Positions 36,289 to 45,600 are shown, numbered from the stretch's first letter. The stretch is 64,000 bases of DNA from a virus (IMGVR_UViG_3300005323_000037:51988-115987); one strand, 5' to 3'. Numbers and translations are program-made. Notes: generated by a model not told the origin, from the sequence alone.

Positions 36289-36374
36289 TGGGCGGAGAAA
36301 GATTTGAACTTTCGCAGGCACGAAGCCAACTGGGTTACAGCCAGCCCCCTTTGACCAAACTTGGGTATCCGCCC
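36289..36374 (-). tRNA. tRNA-Tyr (anticodon GUA), class II
   Basis: Acceptor GGGCGGA/TCCGCCC, anticodon stem GCTGG/CCAGT with loop CTGTAAC, long variable arm, T-arm GAAAG-TTCAAAT-CTTTC, discriminator A. Confidence 0.8.
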
Positions 36375-36464
36375 AATGAATATAGTATAGCATACTATGC
36401 TAGCTTTGTCAAGTAGTTCGATGACTATGCTAGGCCAACACTCACTCTTACCGCGATCTTATAC

Positions 36465-36534
36465 AATTATTACAGTAGCTATATAATTATAGTAACTGGG
36501 CAATTACAGTAACTGAACAATTATAGAGACTGAA
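36465..36534. repeat. Four tandem ~17-bp iterons CAATTA(T/C)AGTAACTG
   Basis: caattattacagtagct / ataattatagtaactggg / caattacagtaactgaa / caattatagagactgaa. Confidence 0.5.
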
Positions 36535-36637
36535 TAAGCATTGAGCATGGAAAAGCCCAGCCTTGGGTGACTGAGCCTTTCGCATAGAGGAATTAGGATA
36601 AATGATGAGGATAGCAACCATTTGACAGATCATAGTA

Positions 36638-36666
36638 ATTATAGCATAAGATTAAGCATTTGTCAA
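36638..36666 (-). promoter_or_regulatory. Consensus sigma70-type promoter (TTGACA-17-TATAAT), leftward toward the iterons and tRNA-Tyr
   Basis: The reverse complement reads TTGACAaatgcttaatcttatgcTATAAT. A 25-bp repeat of this promoter sits at 38593-38621. Confidence 0.55.
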
Positions 36667-36890
36667 GTAGGTTGTTTATTTTCATTAGTAATCTCATTTA
36701 GCAGCATTTGTTTGCGAGATTCTAATTCAGCCTTAGCTAGATCAACGGTCCAGTGCATCTGCCATTGACTTTTATATGTCATGTCATCGAATTGATTATA
36801 TTTAGCAGCGGCAACTATGCCAAGTCGATAAGCGGCATGAATGAGTTCATCAATACTATTCATCGCGTAACGATTTCCATACACTTGCAA
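36663..36890 (-). CDS. Hypothetical small protein
   Basis: 75-aa ORF. Confidence 0.25.
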   Translation of the reverse strand: MQVYGNRYAMNSIDELIHAAYRLGIVAAAKYNQFDDMTYKSQWQMHWTVDLAKAELESRKQMLLNEITNENKQPT

Positions 36891-37209
36891 TTACAGGCAG
36901 TGACTCAGTAAATACATCTACTTCATCAGCTAGCTCGCCGGCATCATAGATAGTGTGAATCTCTACTGATACATCATTGAACTTACGAATAACAGCTATG
37001 CGATTACTTGCTATGCGGAAGTAGGTATCTAGCTTAGAATTCTCTAGAACATCAATAGCTTCATCAATATAGTTGCTATCTATAAACAAATCTCCATCAT
37101 AAGAATCACTTGCGGCATAAACACTATTACGCTTGCTGACATAACAATTACATTCTCCATCCACTATAATACTATACAATCTGTTACATTCAGTAGTTTC
37201 TATTTTCAT
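36856..37209 (-). CDS. Hypothetical protein
   Basis: 117-aa ORF. Confidence 0.25.
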   Translation of the reverse strand: MKIETTECNRLYSIIVDGECNCYVSKRNSVYAASDSYDGDLFIDSNYIDEAIDVLENSKLDTYFRIASNRIAVIRKFNDVSVEIHTIYDAGELADEVDVFTESLPVIASVWKSLRDE

Positions 37210-37359
37210 TGCACTCTCCTATACTCATTATACCATACTATTCTAATAATGTAGCTAGTAATAATATTCACAAGTACATTACAATAATCAAACTAGCATA
37301 GTACAATGATTATCTGCGCGTCGAATAAGCTTACCGACTCATTTAGCAGCTTGAACTAA

Positions 37360-38463
37360 TTACTGAAGCGGCAACTGCTGAAAACTTTGCTTAGTAACGG
37401 CCTCAATATACCAATTAGTATCGGAATCCTTATGCTTGGCGGAATAGTTAGCGGCAAACTGATCAGCTTGTGCTTGTGAAATAAATCCTTTATCAACTAG
37501 ACTCGGCAAAACTATCCGTATATAACCTGTCCAATTAGTAACGGATAAGTTTCCAAAAACACGCACCTCGCCAACCTTGAAATTGACCTTCGCGCCGATC
37601 AGTTTATTCTCGTAGATGAAATTCCTCTGATTGATTAGTCGTTGCACATCTTCTGGCGTAGTCGGGTCATACGTCATTGTCTCGGCTAGTGTTTCGAGTT
37701 CGAGTAGGCTAGCAAGTGGCTTATCGGCTTCTTCCACTAAATACGAATGCGTACCAACCGTATAAGTATCGGCAGCCTTAGCTTCTTCAACTTGCTTGCC
37801 GAGCTGTCCGGAAGCATTTCTGCCATCAGGAGAATTCTGCAATGCAAACCAATCCATAATTTCAACAAGGCCACAATAAACATGTTCGCCAATTAGCTCA
37901 TCTGTACGGATGAACAAATACTCACTGCCATCTCTTTGTGGTAGGCGCAAGTAATTCTCTTTGCCTCTAGCCATTTCTACTAGCTTCTCAGCTTCTTCCA
38001 GCCCGCTCGCATGCACGCATCTGATATTCTTATTAGCAATCGCGGCGGACTCTACTCGCTTCATCAGCTTGAATGCGCGCCGGCCACCGCAGCTAGCATT
38101 GGGACATTCCTTGAGTCCACATTCCCAGGGATAGGATATTAACATGCCAGTATTAGGATTACGTCTCTGATGCCAGGTGCCACATTTATCGAGAGCCGCT
38201 TGTCGCTCAGCGCCAGTCAGCCGCCTACAGGATCGCTTAGGCTTGCTGTCTTCTTCCTCTTCGAGATCCATCAAGTGTTCTAGTCCAGTTTGTAGCGCGC
38301 CAACCATCAGCTTACGATAAGGAGTCTGCACAGGAGCACAATCATTATAACCTTGAGCAAACAGTTTATCATATTCGTCATTGCCGCATTCATCATAGTC
38401 TTCATCAAATAAATGACTTAAATCCCAAGCTGGACCAACGTTGAGTCTCTTTTGTATATCCAT
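37360..38463 (-). CDS. Hypothetical 367-aa protein with Cys-rich zinc-finger-like segment; candidate replication initiator
   Basis: Sits in the control region directly downstream of a consensus promoter and iterons. Cys cluster CGTWHQ...CGLKECPNASCGG. Contains the operator-like inverted repeat at 37508-37554. Confidence 0.3.
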   Translation of the reverse strand: MDIQKRLNVGPAWDLSHLFDEDYDECGNDEYDKLFAQGYNDCAPVQTPYRKLMVGALQTGLEHLMDLEEEEDSKPKRSCRRLTGAERQAALDKCGTWHQRRNPNTGMLISYPWECGLKECPNASCGGRRAFKLMKRVESAAIANKNIRCVHASGLEEAEKLVEMARGKENYLRLPQRDGSEYLFIRTDELIGEHVYCGLVEIMDWFALQNSPDGRNASGQLGKQVEEAKAADTYTVGTHSYLVEEADKPLASLLELETLAETMTYDPTTPEDVQRLINQRNFIYENKLIGAKVNFKVGEVRVFGNLSVTNWTGYIRIVLPSLVDKGFISQAQADQFAANYSAKHKDSDTNWYIEAVTKQSFQQLPLQ

Positions 38464-38592
38464 ATTTTATTTACCTCTGCTTATATGATTATTGTTGCTA
38501 TTACTATTATTGCTTGATTCTACCATGCATTTATCCTATCTGTCAAATACGACAATAAATATAATTACTAATCAACAGATCGCTATGCAGTT

Positions 38593-38621
38593 ATTATAGC
38601 ATAAGATTAGATATTTGTCAA
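38593..38621 (-). promoter_or_regulatory. Consensus sigma70-type promoter (TTGACA-17-TATAAT) driving ORF 37360-38463
   Basis: The reverse complement reads TTGACAaatatctaatcttatgcTATAAT. Confidence 0.55.
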
Positions 38622-38650
38622 TATCTAGTATCACTTACTACTGAAGATGG

Positions 38651-38760
38651 GTACTAAAGTACTTACAGCAAGTACTAAAGTACCGAGATGCAAGTACTAA
38701 AGTACCCTATTATTATGATAAATATTATAATAATCATAACAATTATAGTAATCATAATAA
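38651..38760. repeat. Three helically phased iterons GTACTAAAGTAC (period 21-22 bp) followed by a ~55-bp AT-rich element
   Basis: Copies at 38651, 38672 and 38694. AT-rich run aatattataataatcataacaattatagtaatcataataattatcac. Confidence 0.5.
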
Positions 38761-39786
38761 TTATCACAGTGCGGGCCAGCGGTAAGCATGGACAATCATT
38801 GGATTAATACAATCATTCAATCATTGGATGATTCATTAGTCTACTACAATAATTAGTAAGAAGTCAGCAGGTAAGCGATTTTTTATTCTACAATTTTGCA
38901 GAATTCAATTCGATGACCGCAGGCGGGTATTTATAAATGTATTGCTAGTGTAGTCTGTATGCTTAGATAGCAGATAAATCGACGTGTATGCTGTCAAGCG
39001 CATCAGTTGAGTGGGTACAAATAGTAGTGTGACATGTATGCATCAGTAGTAAATGAGTTAGTATAGCAGTGGATAAAATGATTAGGCAAGCATATAACAG
39101 GACAAATGAGCAAGAGTGTAGTAGAAGATAGAATAAGATAGTAATAGTAGCAGAGTAAAGAGTGAGCAATCAAAGAGAAGGTAAGCATGGCGGGGTAATA
39201 GAGTTAGTAAGAAGTGGGGTGGGAGAGAAAATTTGCATGCTATGCTCAGTAGGGTACCCCCTTGCAACTTTTCTTGTCTGCATAATATTTTCTTGTCAAT
39301 TCCATTCTCATTGTCAATCCATTATGCATTTGGCATACTAGCTCGACTTGCCGGCTTCGATCTCAGTTGTCAGATTGCACTGTCTATAGAAGCTGTAAGC
39401 TGCTAGTAGTCACTGCCGGCAATTGTTGCAAGATCATGCTCGAACCGATATATGAGCCTCGATGCTGGTGTAGGCCGGTATGACCCTGATAGAATGAGCA
39501 TAGAATGAGCATGGCATAGCAGAGTAGATCGGGGGTAGGATAGCAGCATGCAGGGCAAATGTGCAAGCCGGCAGGGTAGGCTGCAAGATTGAGCTGCATA
39601 AGCACACAAAAAGTTGCAGCCTATCAGTGATCTTGCCAACTCTTGTTGCTTCCATACTTGCACTGCAATTGTCATCGACAAGTATGCTAGTAATCCAGTC
39701 TGATATATCAGATTGTAGCAGTCCATATAATGACCGGTTCAGTCCAAAGCTGCCCTACCAGTTTTGACATTATGTAAAGTGAATGC

Positions 39787-39815
39787 TTGACTCCTCGTGC
39801 TGGAGGTGATAGTAT
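39787..39815 (+). promoter_or_regulatory. Sigma70-type promoter (TTGACT-17-TAGTAT), rightward, start of the plus-strand arm
   Basis: ttgactcctcgtgctggaggtgatagtat, about 110 nt upstream of ORF 39923. Confidence 0.5.
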
Positions 39816-39922
39816 GGAGTCACGGCAACGCACCGGCGTAGTCGAACACATGTTCGGATTAGGGACATTGTGCAATCCTTCACAATCGGATAATCCAACA
39901 AGGGGAAGGGAAGGGGATCATT

Positions 39923-40165
39923 ATGAATCAGGATGAATGGAAGACTATGCAAGCATCACATCGAAACGAGATCGAAGAACGCCTACGCGAAACGCGTAAC
40001 GCTGCACTTCACGCATTGAACGAGTATCGTTCGGCTTTGGCTGATGCAATCAAACGTTCCTACCCTGAAGACGATCATAGGATCAAACACTACGCAGAAT
40101 GCAGTATTCGTGCCAATCGTGCAATTGACGGGATCAAGCGATTGGATGGACGTAGGCACAACTAG
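39923..40165 (+). CDS. Hypothetical small basic helical protein
   Basis: 80-aa ORF, first gene of the rightward arm. Confidence 0.3.
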   Translation: MNQDEWKTMQASHRNEIEERLRETRNAALHALNEYRSALADAIKRSYPEDDHRIKHYAECSIRANRAIDGIKRLDGRRHN

Positions 40166-40254
40166 TTCACCCGCCTAGCATATCAGAGTCAATCTGGTAT
40201 GCTATGGGGTGCGCTTGTTGTGCATCATTATCACAGTTCAGGAGGTTTCCTAGA

Positions 40255-41160
40255 ATGGCTACTACCAAAGCTCAAAAAGCGGAGATGTCGAAGGATGTGC
40301 GCGCTCAAGTTCTTGCAGTGAGCGGAGCGTCAGACCTACCTGAAGGCCTGCTAGTCAAGGCGATTGAGTACAGGAGCGCAATCAACGTCGGAGAAACCAG
40401 CGTGACAATTCAGAAGATCCGATTGTTCGCTGGCGTGTGCAGCATGATCGATGAAGCATTCACGGGCAAAGATGTCATGCGGGTACTTGGCATTTGGAGT
40501 AGGGCAGCCGGTTACACTGGATCAGGATCGGCTAGTGTGCGCGACTACGCCAAGCTTGGAGTAGAAGAATCTGCAAAAGTGTTGGAAGCGTACTCGGCAG
40601 GGAAGATAACCCAAAAATCTGCAATCCTAATCGCCCGTGGCGTCACGCATCGAAGCAAGCCCATTGACTCAGTGACAATGGACAAAGCTCTCAAGATCGC
40701 AGAAGTGATTCGCTCAAAGGGGATGAATCAGCCCACCACCCTGGACAAGCTTCTCGGCAAGAGTGATCCCGAGGTATCCGCTAGTCAGAGGTATGCAGTG
40801 CTGGTGAAGAAGATCGATGCGCTCAACACTGAGTTGCAAGCTTTGGAGTTTGACGCTATCAGTGCAGGCCTGAAGGATAGGGTCATCTTCACCCGCACCA
40901 GCAATCCGGTTGCAGAGGACATTGAACAGGGAGCAAGTAGGGCTTCATCTATTCGCCAATCCGTTGACCATACTTCCATCTCTGCGGCCAACGTTGCCGA
41001 CGATCTTGACGCAAGGATTGCTAGAGGGGTTCAAGCGGCCGTCAAGGCTCTCGGGCTGGTTGCCCCTGTCCAGTCTACTACCCCTGTTGCGGAGCCTGTC
41101 AAGAGGGGGCGGGGTAGGCCCAAAGGCAGCACTAGCAGCAAGGCAGCACCGGTAGCATAG
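40255..41160 (+). CDS. DNA-binding protein with C-terminal AT-hook (KRGRGRPKGS)
   Basis: Start set at MATTKAQ with an AGGAGG RBS. GC-rich gene flanked by AACTTTTCTTG and ACTTGCCGGCTT repeats. Confidence 0.45.
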   Translation: MATTKAQKAEMSKDVRAQVLAVSGASDLPEGLLVKAIEYRSAINVGETSVTIQKIRLFAGVCSMIDEAFTGKDVMRVLGIWSRAAGYTGSGSASVRDYAKLGVEESAKVLEAYSAGKITQKSAILIARGVTHRSKPIDSVTMDKALKIAEVIRSKGMNQPTTLDKLLGKSDPEVSASQRYAVLVKKIDALNTELQALEFDAISAGLKDRVIFTRTSNPVAEDIEQGASRASSIRQSVDHTSISAANVADDLDARIARGVQAAVKALGLVAPVQSTTPVAEPVKRGRGRPKGSTSSKAAPVA

Positions 41161-41749
41161 GTCCTGCTAGTCGGCTCATTGGGGGGAGGGTCGCGAGATT
41201 CTCCCCCTTCTCTTTAGAGTAGACTTGCAACTTTTCTTGGTACTTCTGCTCTTTATCACAGTACATGCGTTCAACTTTTCTTGGTGCTCTGGTTCACTTG
41301 CCGGCTTTTAGTTGGCAGCTCATTTTGCTTATCCGACTATGCTTGTCACTCGGTTCTGAACTCGCAAAGCGGTCGATCTGCAATTAATAATATTTGCGCT
41401 ACTGTACTCCAAAAATGGGAGGAATGAAAATTATTTCCAGAATTTGCAATTTTCGTCGCAACGCGAACTTTTCTTCAATATTAGCGTTGCATTACTGTGG
41501 CTAATATTTGACAGGAATGAAAATGGCTTTATGAATTGGTAATTGCACGGTGATGGCACTGGAATTTGGATAATCCAAATGAGGAGCTTACAGACTTGGG
41601 ATATAAGTTGGGATAAAAGTTAGCTTATTTACTGTAATTATTGAAGCTGGGAAAATCTAAAATAGTCGCTTGTACACATGAACGCTTACTCATATGTGCA
41701 AGTGACTGAATTGGATAATCCAAATCTCAATCTAGGGAGGAATTGAACA

Positions 41750-41965
41750 ATGGACATGTACGATATCTACTACTGTTCTGATGAAGAGCCCGTCGCTGAT
41801 AGCTCTAACAAAAGTATGAAGAATTCCTTGCTGTTGGATGAGTATACTACATACATGCAACGGTCATCCAGCGGCATCTATGATGAGGAGCACCAGAACC
41901 TGTATTTCGATCGCGCTATGGAGTTGCGTAAGCGTATTCTGGACGCCATGAACAGAGTTGGATAA
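41750..41965 (+). CDS. Hypothetical small protein
   Basis: RBS GGGAGG. Preceded by the palindrome. Confidence 0.35.
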   Translation: MDMYDIYYCSDEEPVADSSNKSMKNSLLLDEYTTYMQRSSSGIYDEEHQNLYFDRAMELRKRILDAMNRVG

Positions 41966-42086
41966 TCCAAAGTTCAAGCCTTGACAATTGATATCTCTTG
42001 CTGGGTAGCTATGGCGCTTATAGTTACTCAGCGTGGGCCGATCAATTGAGTATCGGTATAGTTGAACTATATACAGTGAGGATAAG

Positions 42087-42278
42087 ATGAAACAGAGGAC
42101 ACAAGCGCAATTACGCAAGTTGTCTACGCAAGAGCTGCTGGATTTGTATGAAGAAAATTTGTGCATAGGCTCAGATTCCTGCTCGTATTACAGCCTGTAT
42201 GAGCAGGCGCTACACTCTGCTCGTGCTGACAAGGCGCGTGCCGAGATCATGCGTAGATTGGAAGCGAATACGAAATAG
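42087..42278 (+). CDS. Hypothetical small protein
   Basis: 63-aa ORF. Confidence 0.3.
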   Translation: MKQRTQAQLRKLSTQELLDLYEENLCIGSDSCSYYSLYEQALHSARADKARAEIMRRLEANTK

Positions 42279-42326
42279 AACATACTTAGCTTACTGTCTA
42301 TCTATACCATTTAGGTAGACAGTGAG

Positions 42327-42566
42327 GTGAGCGCGTTACTTACCATTTGGATAATCCAAAAGGAGTCTGGAATGCCTAGCTTCATCGCTTTCCAAGTTCA
42401 GTATCAGTCTGTACTGTTTGCAGTTGCTAGTGTCGCAACTGTACTGATTTGCATTCATGCTCGCGAGCGAATCCTGAAGCGCGCTTGGATGGATGCAGTT
42501 GTGGCCCTACTGTTAGCGGTGCTAGTTATGACTCTGGCGTTCAGGACGTTCTTCTACTTGGGGTAG
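42327..42566 (+). CDS. Small membrane protein (2 TM)
   Basis: Hydrophobic. Preceded by the palindrome. Confidence 0.3.
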   Translation: MSALLTIWIIQKESGMPSFIAFQVQYQSVLFAVASVATVLICIHARERILKRAWMDAVVALLLAVLVMTLAFRTFFYLG

Positions 42567-42609
42567 TTGACAATTTGGATAATCCAAATCTGCGCACAAG
42601 GAGAGAACT

Positions 42610-43020
42610 ATGAAAGCGCGTGGTATTCCAAAAAGTTATCTTAGTGTTCATCGAAACGATGTTGTGGAGTGCTATGAGTACAAGTACGACATCAAAGATA
42701 GAGGCAATACGGACAATGTTGCTCGTTTCTACAATTGGGCATGGGATTCCAAATGTGGAGATGCACCATACTCGCCATGGACAGTGCTACTTGATGCAAA
42801 AGGGAGACGTATACTGGTAGCTCATGGCACAGAGGATGGAGTATTATTAGCGCCGATCGAAGAAGCAGAACAAGCTGATCGCGTTATCTGCTGCTACTCC
42901 GATCAGGTCAAGTATCAACATCCTGACTGGAAAATAGCAGTATGTAAGTACGACCTTACTGTCGTAGAGGTTCGTAAAGAGGTACTATACGTATCGTCGT
43001 GTAAACAGGAAGTTGGATAA
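42610..43020 (+). CDS. Hypothetical protein
   Basis: 136 aa. Palindrome plus AAGGAG upstream. Confidence 0.35.
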   Translation: MKARGIPKSYLSVHRNDVVECYEYKYDIKDRGNTDNVARFYNWAWDSKCGDAPYSPWTVLLDAKGRRILVAHGTEDGVLLAPIEEAEQADRVICCYSDQVKYQHPDWKIAVCKYDLTVVEVRKEVLYVSSCKQEVG

Positions 43021-43055
43021 TCCAAATCTCAAGCCCACTCTAAGGAGATAGTATT

Positions 43056-43256
43056 ATGAAAAGGTTATTTCAGCTGACCAATCTCGATATCTTGCATAGC
43101 GTTCAATTGCCAGTAGAGCGCGCTCGTCAATCATCTGTCGATCCAGCAACAGGAATGTTTGCACATACTGATGTGTATACTATTACTGTTACCGCTGACA
43201 ATGCTGAAGAGGTTAGCGCGCTTGCTGAATGTGGATTTGGCAAGTATCTAGTCTAG
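43056..43256 (+). CDS. Hypothetical small protein
   Basis: 66-aa ORF. Confidence 0.3.
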   Translation: MKRLFQLTNLDILHSVQLPVERARQSSVDPATGMFAHTDVYTITVTADNAEEVSALAECGFGKYLV

Positions 43257-43287
43257 GCTCAATCTTGCTACAATATGGAGGAAGATA

Positions 43288-43563
43288 ATGAAAGGGTCAT
43301 TACTACAAAATAAGCGCATTCCAGCAGTAGGTGATAGCGTTTGGTTTCTCAGTAACAATGGACCATCATACGGTGCCGTTGTAAATGTATTCAATATTGA
43401 CTGCGACCTGGAATATGTATCATGCGATATCTTTGGCGGTGTTGACGGTATTGTGAAATTTGATGAGTATATTGCACATACTCAACTCAATAGTATTTTC
43501 GATCATTGCCCGATCCAAGTAGTAATCAATGACTATTTCGGAAAGGTTACTGTATGGGAGTAG
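43288..43563 (+). CDS. Hypothetical small protein
   Basis: 91-aa ORF. Confidence 0.3.
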   Translation: MKGSLLQNKRIPAVGDSVWFLSNNGPSYGAVVNVFNIDCDLEYVSCDIFGGVDGIVKFDEYIAHTQLNSIFDHCPIQVVINDYFGKVTVWE

Positions 43564-43824
43564 ACTGTAAATAATAATAGGTCTATATACGCTTTATTTT
43601 TCTTGTGTGTTTGATGATACATTGTGCAAGCCTGTAATGTATCTGAAGATACGCTTTCAGGAAATAATCCGTATATAACAATTTATATTTATACAGGCTT
43701 AGATTGGAGTATGCTATATAACAACAGATACATTGCAAAAATAAAGCGTATGTAGACTTGTTATTACATACGGACTATTTCCTTGACATAATGAAAGTTG
43801 GATAATCCAAATCAGGAGGCTACC

Positions 43825-44016
43825 ATGTCAGATGAGGATATTAGTAACTATCTAGCAGATAAGTCTAAGAATGAGCTAGTTGCCATATGTGCAGCATGTA
43901 TAGCAGAAGGGGTAATATATCGAGATTGCGGTTACTGCGAGATTCACATACGCACTATTTCATTTGAACGATGTGGTCGATCTACTCAAAGTGTAAATCA
44001 ATTCATCCAATCATAG
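43825..44016 (+). CDS. Hypothetical small Cys-containing protein
   Basis: Start at ATG after AGGAGG. The track's TTG start lies inside the palindrome. Confidence 0.3.
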   Translation: MSDEDISNYLADKSKNELVAICAACIAEGVIYRDCGYCEIHIRTISFERCGRSTQSVNQFIQS

Positions 44017-44033
44017 AATAGGAGAATATCATC

Positions 44034-44228
44034 ATGTTACTTACTGTAAAACTGGATCACGATCGCCATTGTCATCATTTCGATATTGCTAGTTCACTCA
44101 ATAGTAAAATTGCTAAAGCTGCTATCCGTGCTATTGGCGGTAGCAGAGCTACTGGTACGGTCAAGTGCGAACAGTGTATCTACCGCGTGGACGGTAAGAG
44201 CGCGATAAGAATTTGGAAAGATGTTTGA
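44034..44228 (+). CDS. Hypothetical small protein
   Basis: 64-aa ORF. Confidence 0.3.
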   Translation: MLLTVKLDHDRHCHHFDIASSLNSKIAKAAIRAIGGSRATGTVKCEQCIYRVDGKSAIRIWKDV

Positions 44229-44284
44229 GTTGGATTATCCAAATTTCAATCTTACACTAAATATGATAACAGGAAAGGATTAGC

Positions 44285-44629
44285 ATGAAACTCAACGACT
44301 ACTTACAACTGTCATATAAAGAACGTGGATATAGTCTTACAAAAAGCGTAGAAGAGTTCGCTCAACGCGTCATAGAAGCTGGCTGTACAAGCCTGACAAC
44401 TAGAGATGCCGCGCTTGCTGAATTTCTAGGAGTAATGGCTGGCTATATGATTACCGCAAACAATGCTTCCGAATTTCCAGCTATCGTATCAACCATGATT
44501 GGACTAGCATATCGCCTTGGTATGATTGGAGTAGATAGTGTAGTTAGCTCAGTCGATGGTACAGCTAGTTCAGTCAATAATACTGATCTAGGAGAATTTA
44601 GTTCGTTCATCAACGGACTGGAGATTTGA
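44285..44629 (+). CDS. Hypothetical protein
   Basis: 114-aa ORF. Confidence 0.3.
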   Translation: MKLNDYLQLSYKERGYSLTKSVEEFAQRVIEAGCTSLTTRDAALAEFLGVMAGYMITANNASEFPAIVSTMIGLAYRLGMIGVDSVVSSVDGTASSVNNTDLGEFSSFINGLEI

Positions 44630-44630
44630 T

Positions 44631-44891
44631 ATGGCTACTGCATTCCTAGTACAGGAAATTCCTACTGGTTCAGAAACAGAGTCACGATCAGGCATGTTGC
44701 CACTCGCAGTCTTTTTGACATACTCTGAAATGGAAGAAGCTATTACTGAGCATTTCATCAGCCACACTGGTGCAGCACCATACACGTGGGCTAGCGACAT
44801 CTTGGACCATGTACATTACTGGACGAATGACAATACTGATGAAGTGCTTGCATCGTTCGAGCTACCGCTTGGCGATAAGCAGGTAATCTAG
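44631..44891 (+). CDS. Hypothetical protein
   Basis: 86-aa ORF, translationally coupled. Confidence 0.3.
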   Translation: MATAFLVQEIPTGSETESRSGMLPLAVFLTYSEMEEAITEHFISHTGAAPYTWASDILDHVHYWTNDNTDEVLASFELPLGDKQVI

Positions 44892-44942
44892 CTTCAATTT
44901 GGATAATCCAATTCCCATTCTCGTACTGAAAGGAATACTATC

Positions 44943-45320
44943 ATGGCTAAGAACGATCAGCTATTCGCTAACATTTGGACTGAAGCATACGAGCTCGGCC
45001 TTGTCGCTGGGCAGGATTGCACACCTGATCCAATGATAGTAGATGATGGTAGGCAACGCTATTTCGTCGAAGATGGCTTGTGTGGCTTTGCTTGGGTGCA
45101 TATTTCCCCTGCTACGAGCTCATTTGCACGCTGGCTAATGAAGCAAGGATATGCGCATACTGCTTATTATGGCGGTGCCGACATCTGGATTAGCGCACAC
45201 GGACAATCGTATGCGCGTAAGTTAGCTCATGCTACTGCAATGGCGAAAGCGTTCAAGAGGCTGTTTGATGCCAATGGTATTACATGTAAGTACGTGTATG
45301 CTGATGGCAGGTTGGACTGA
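44943..45320 (+). CDS. Hypothetical protein
   Basis: 125-aa ORF. Confidence 0.3.
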   Translation: MAKNDQLFANIWTEAYELGLVAGQDCTPDPMIVDDGRQRYFVEDGLCGFAWVHISPATSSFARWLMKQGYAHTAYYGGADIWISAHGQSYARKLAHATAMAKAFKRLFDANGITCKYVYADGRLD

Positions 45321-45351
45321 TTACTGTATTCTTGCTATAGGAGAACGAGCA

Positions 45352-45600
45352 ATGATTGTCAATCATCGCGCTACTGAACTACCAATCAAGCATACTGAGT
45401 ATGGTGAGCGCATGCTCTGGTGCCATAGCTGTAGAGCATATAGTGAAGTAGTGGAAGTAGATTACGGTAATGGTGGCAAAGCTTGGCTATGCTACCATTG
45501 TCGCAATACTGTTGCCACTAGAGAGGTAAGAGCAAGCAATGACTGTACGCCAATGAAGAAGACGGTAGTAAGGAAGTGCAAGCACGATCATAGTAAGTGA
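45352..45600 (+). CDS. Zinc-ribbon small protein
   Basis: CHSC...CYHC. Start moved to MIVNH. Confidence 0.3.
   Translation: MIVNHRATELPIKHTEYGERMLWCHSCRAYSEVVEVDYGNGGKAWLCYHCRNTVATREVRASNDCTPMKKTVVRKCKHDHSK

Noticed and set aside
38651-38705. Possible CRISPR array (three GTACTAAAGTAC repeats), and the ~20 plus-strand palindromes as a CRISPR-like array
   Set aside because: Repeat units of 12-17 bp with spacers of 9-10 bp are far too short for the first. The palindromes are separated by whole genes of irregular length and precede RBSs. No cas genes.
38963-39767. Minus-strand 60-107-aa ORFs in the control region
   Set aside because: They lie in the C-depleted purine tract and GC-rich non-coding DNA. 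The peptides are Leu/Tyr/His/Cys low-complexity with no RBS.
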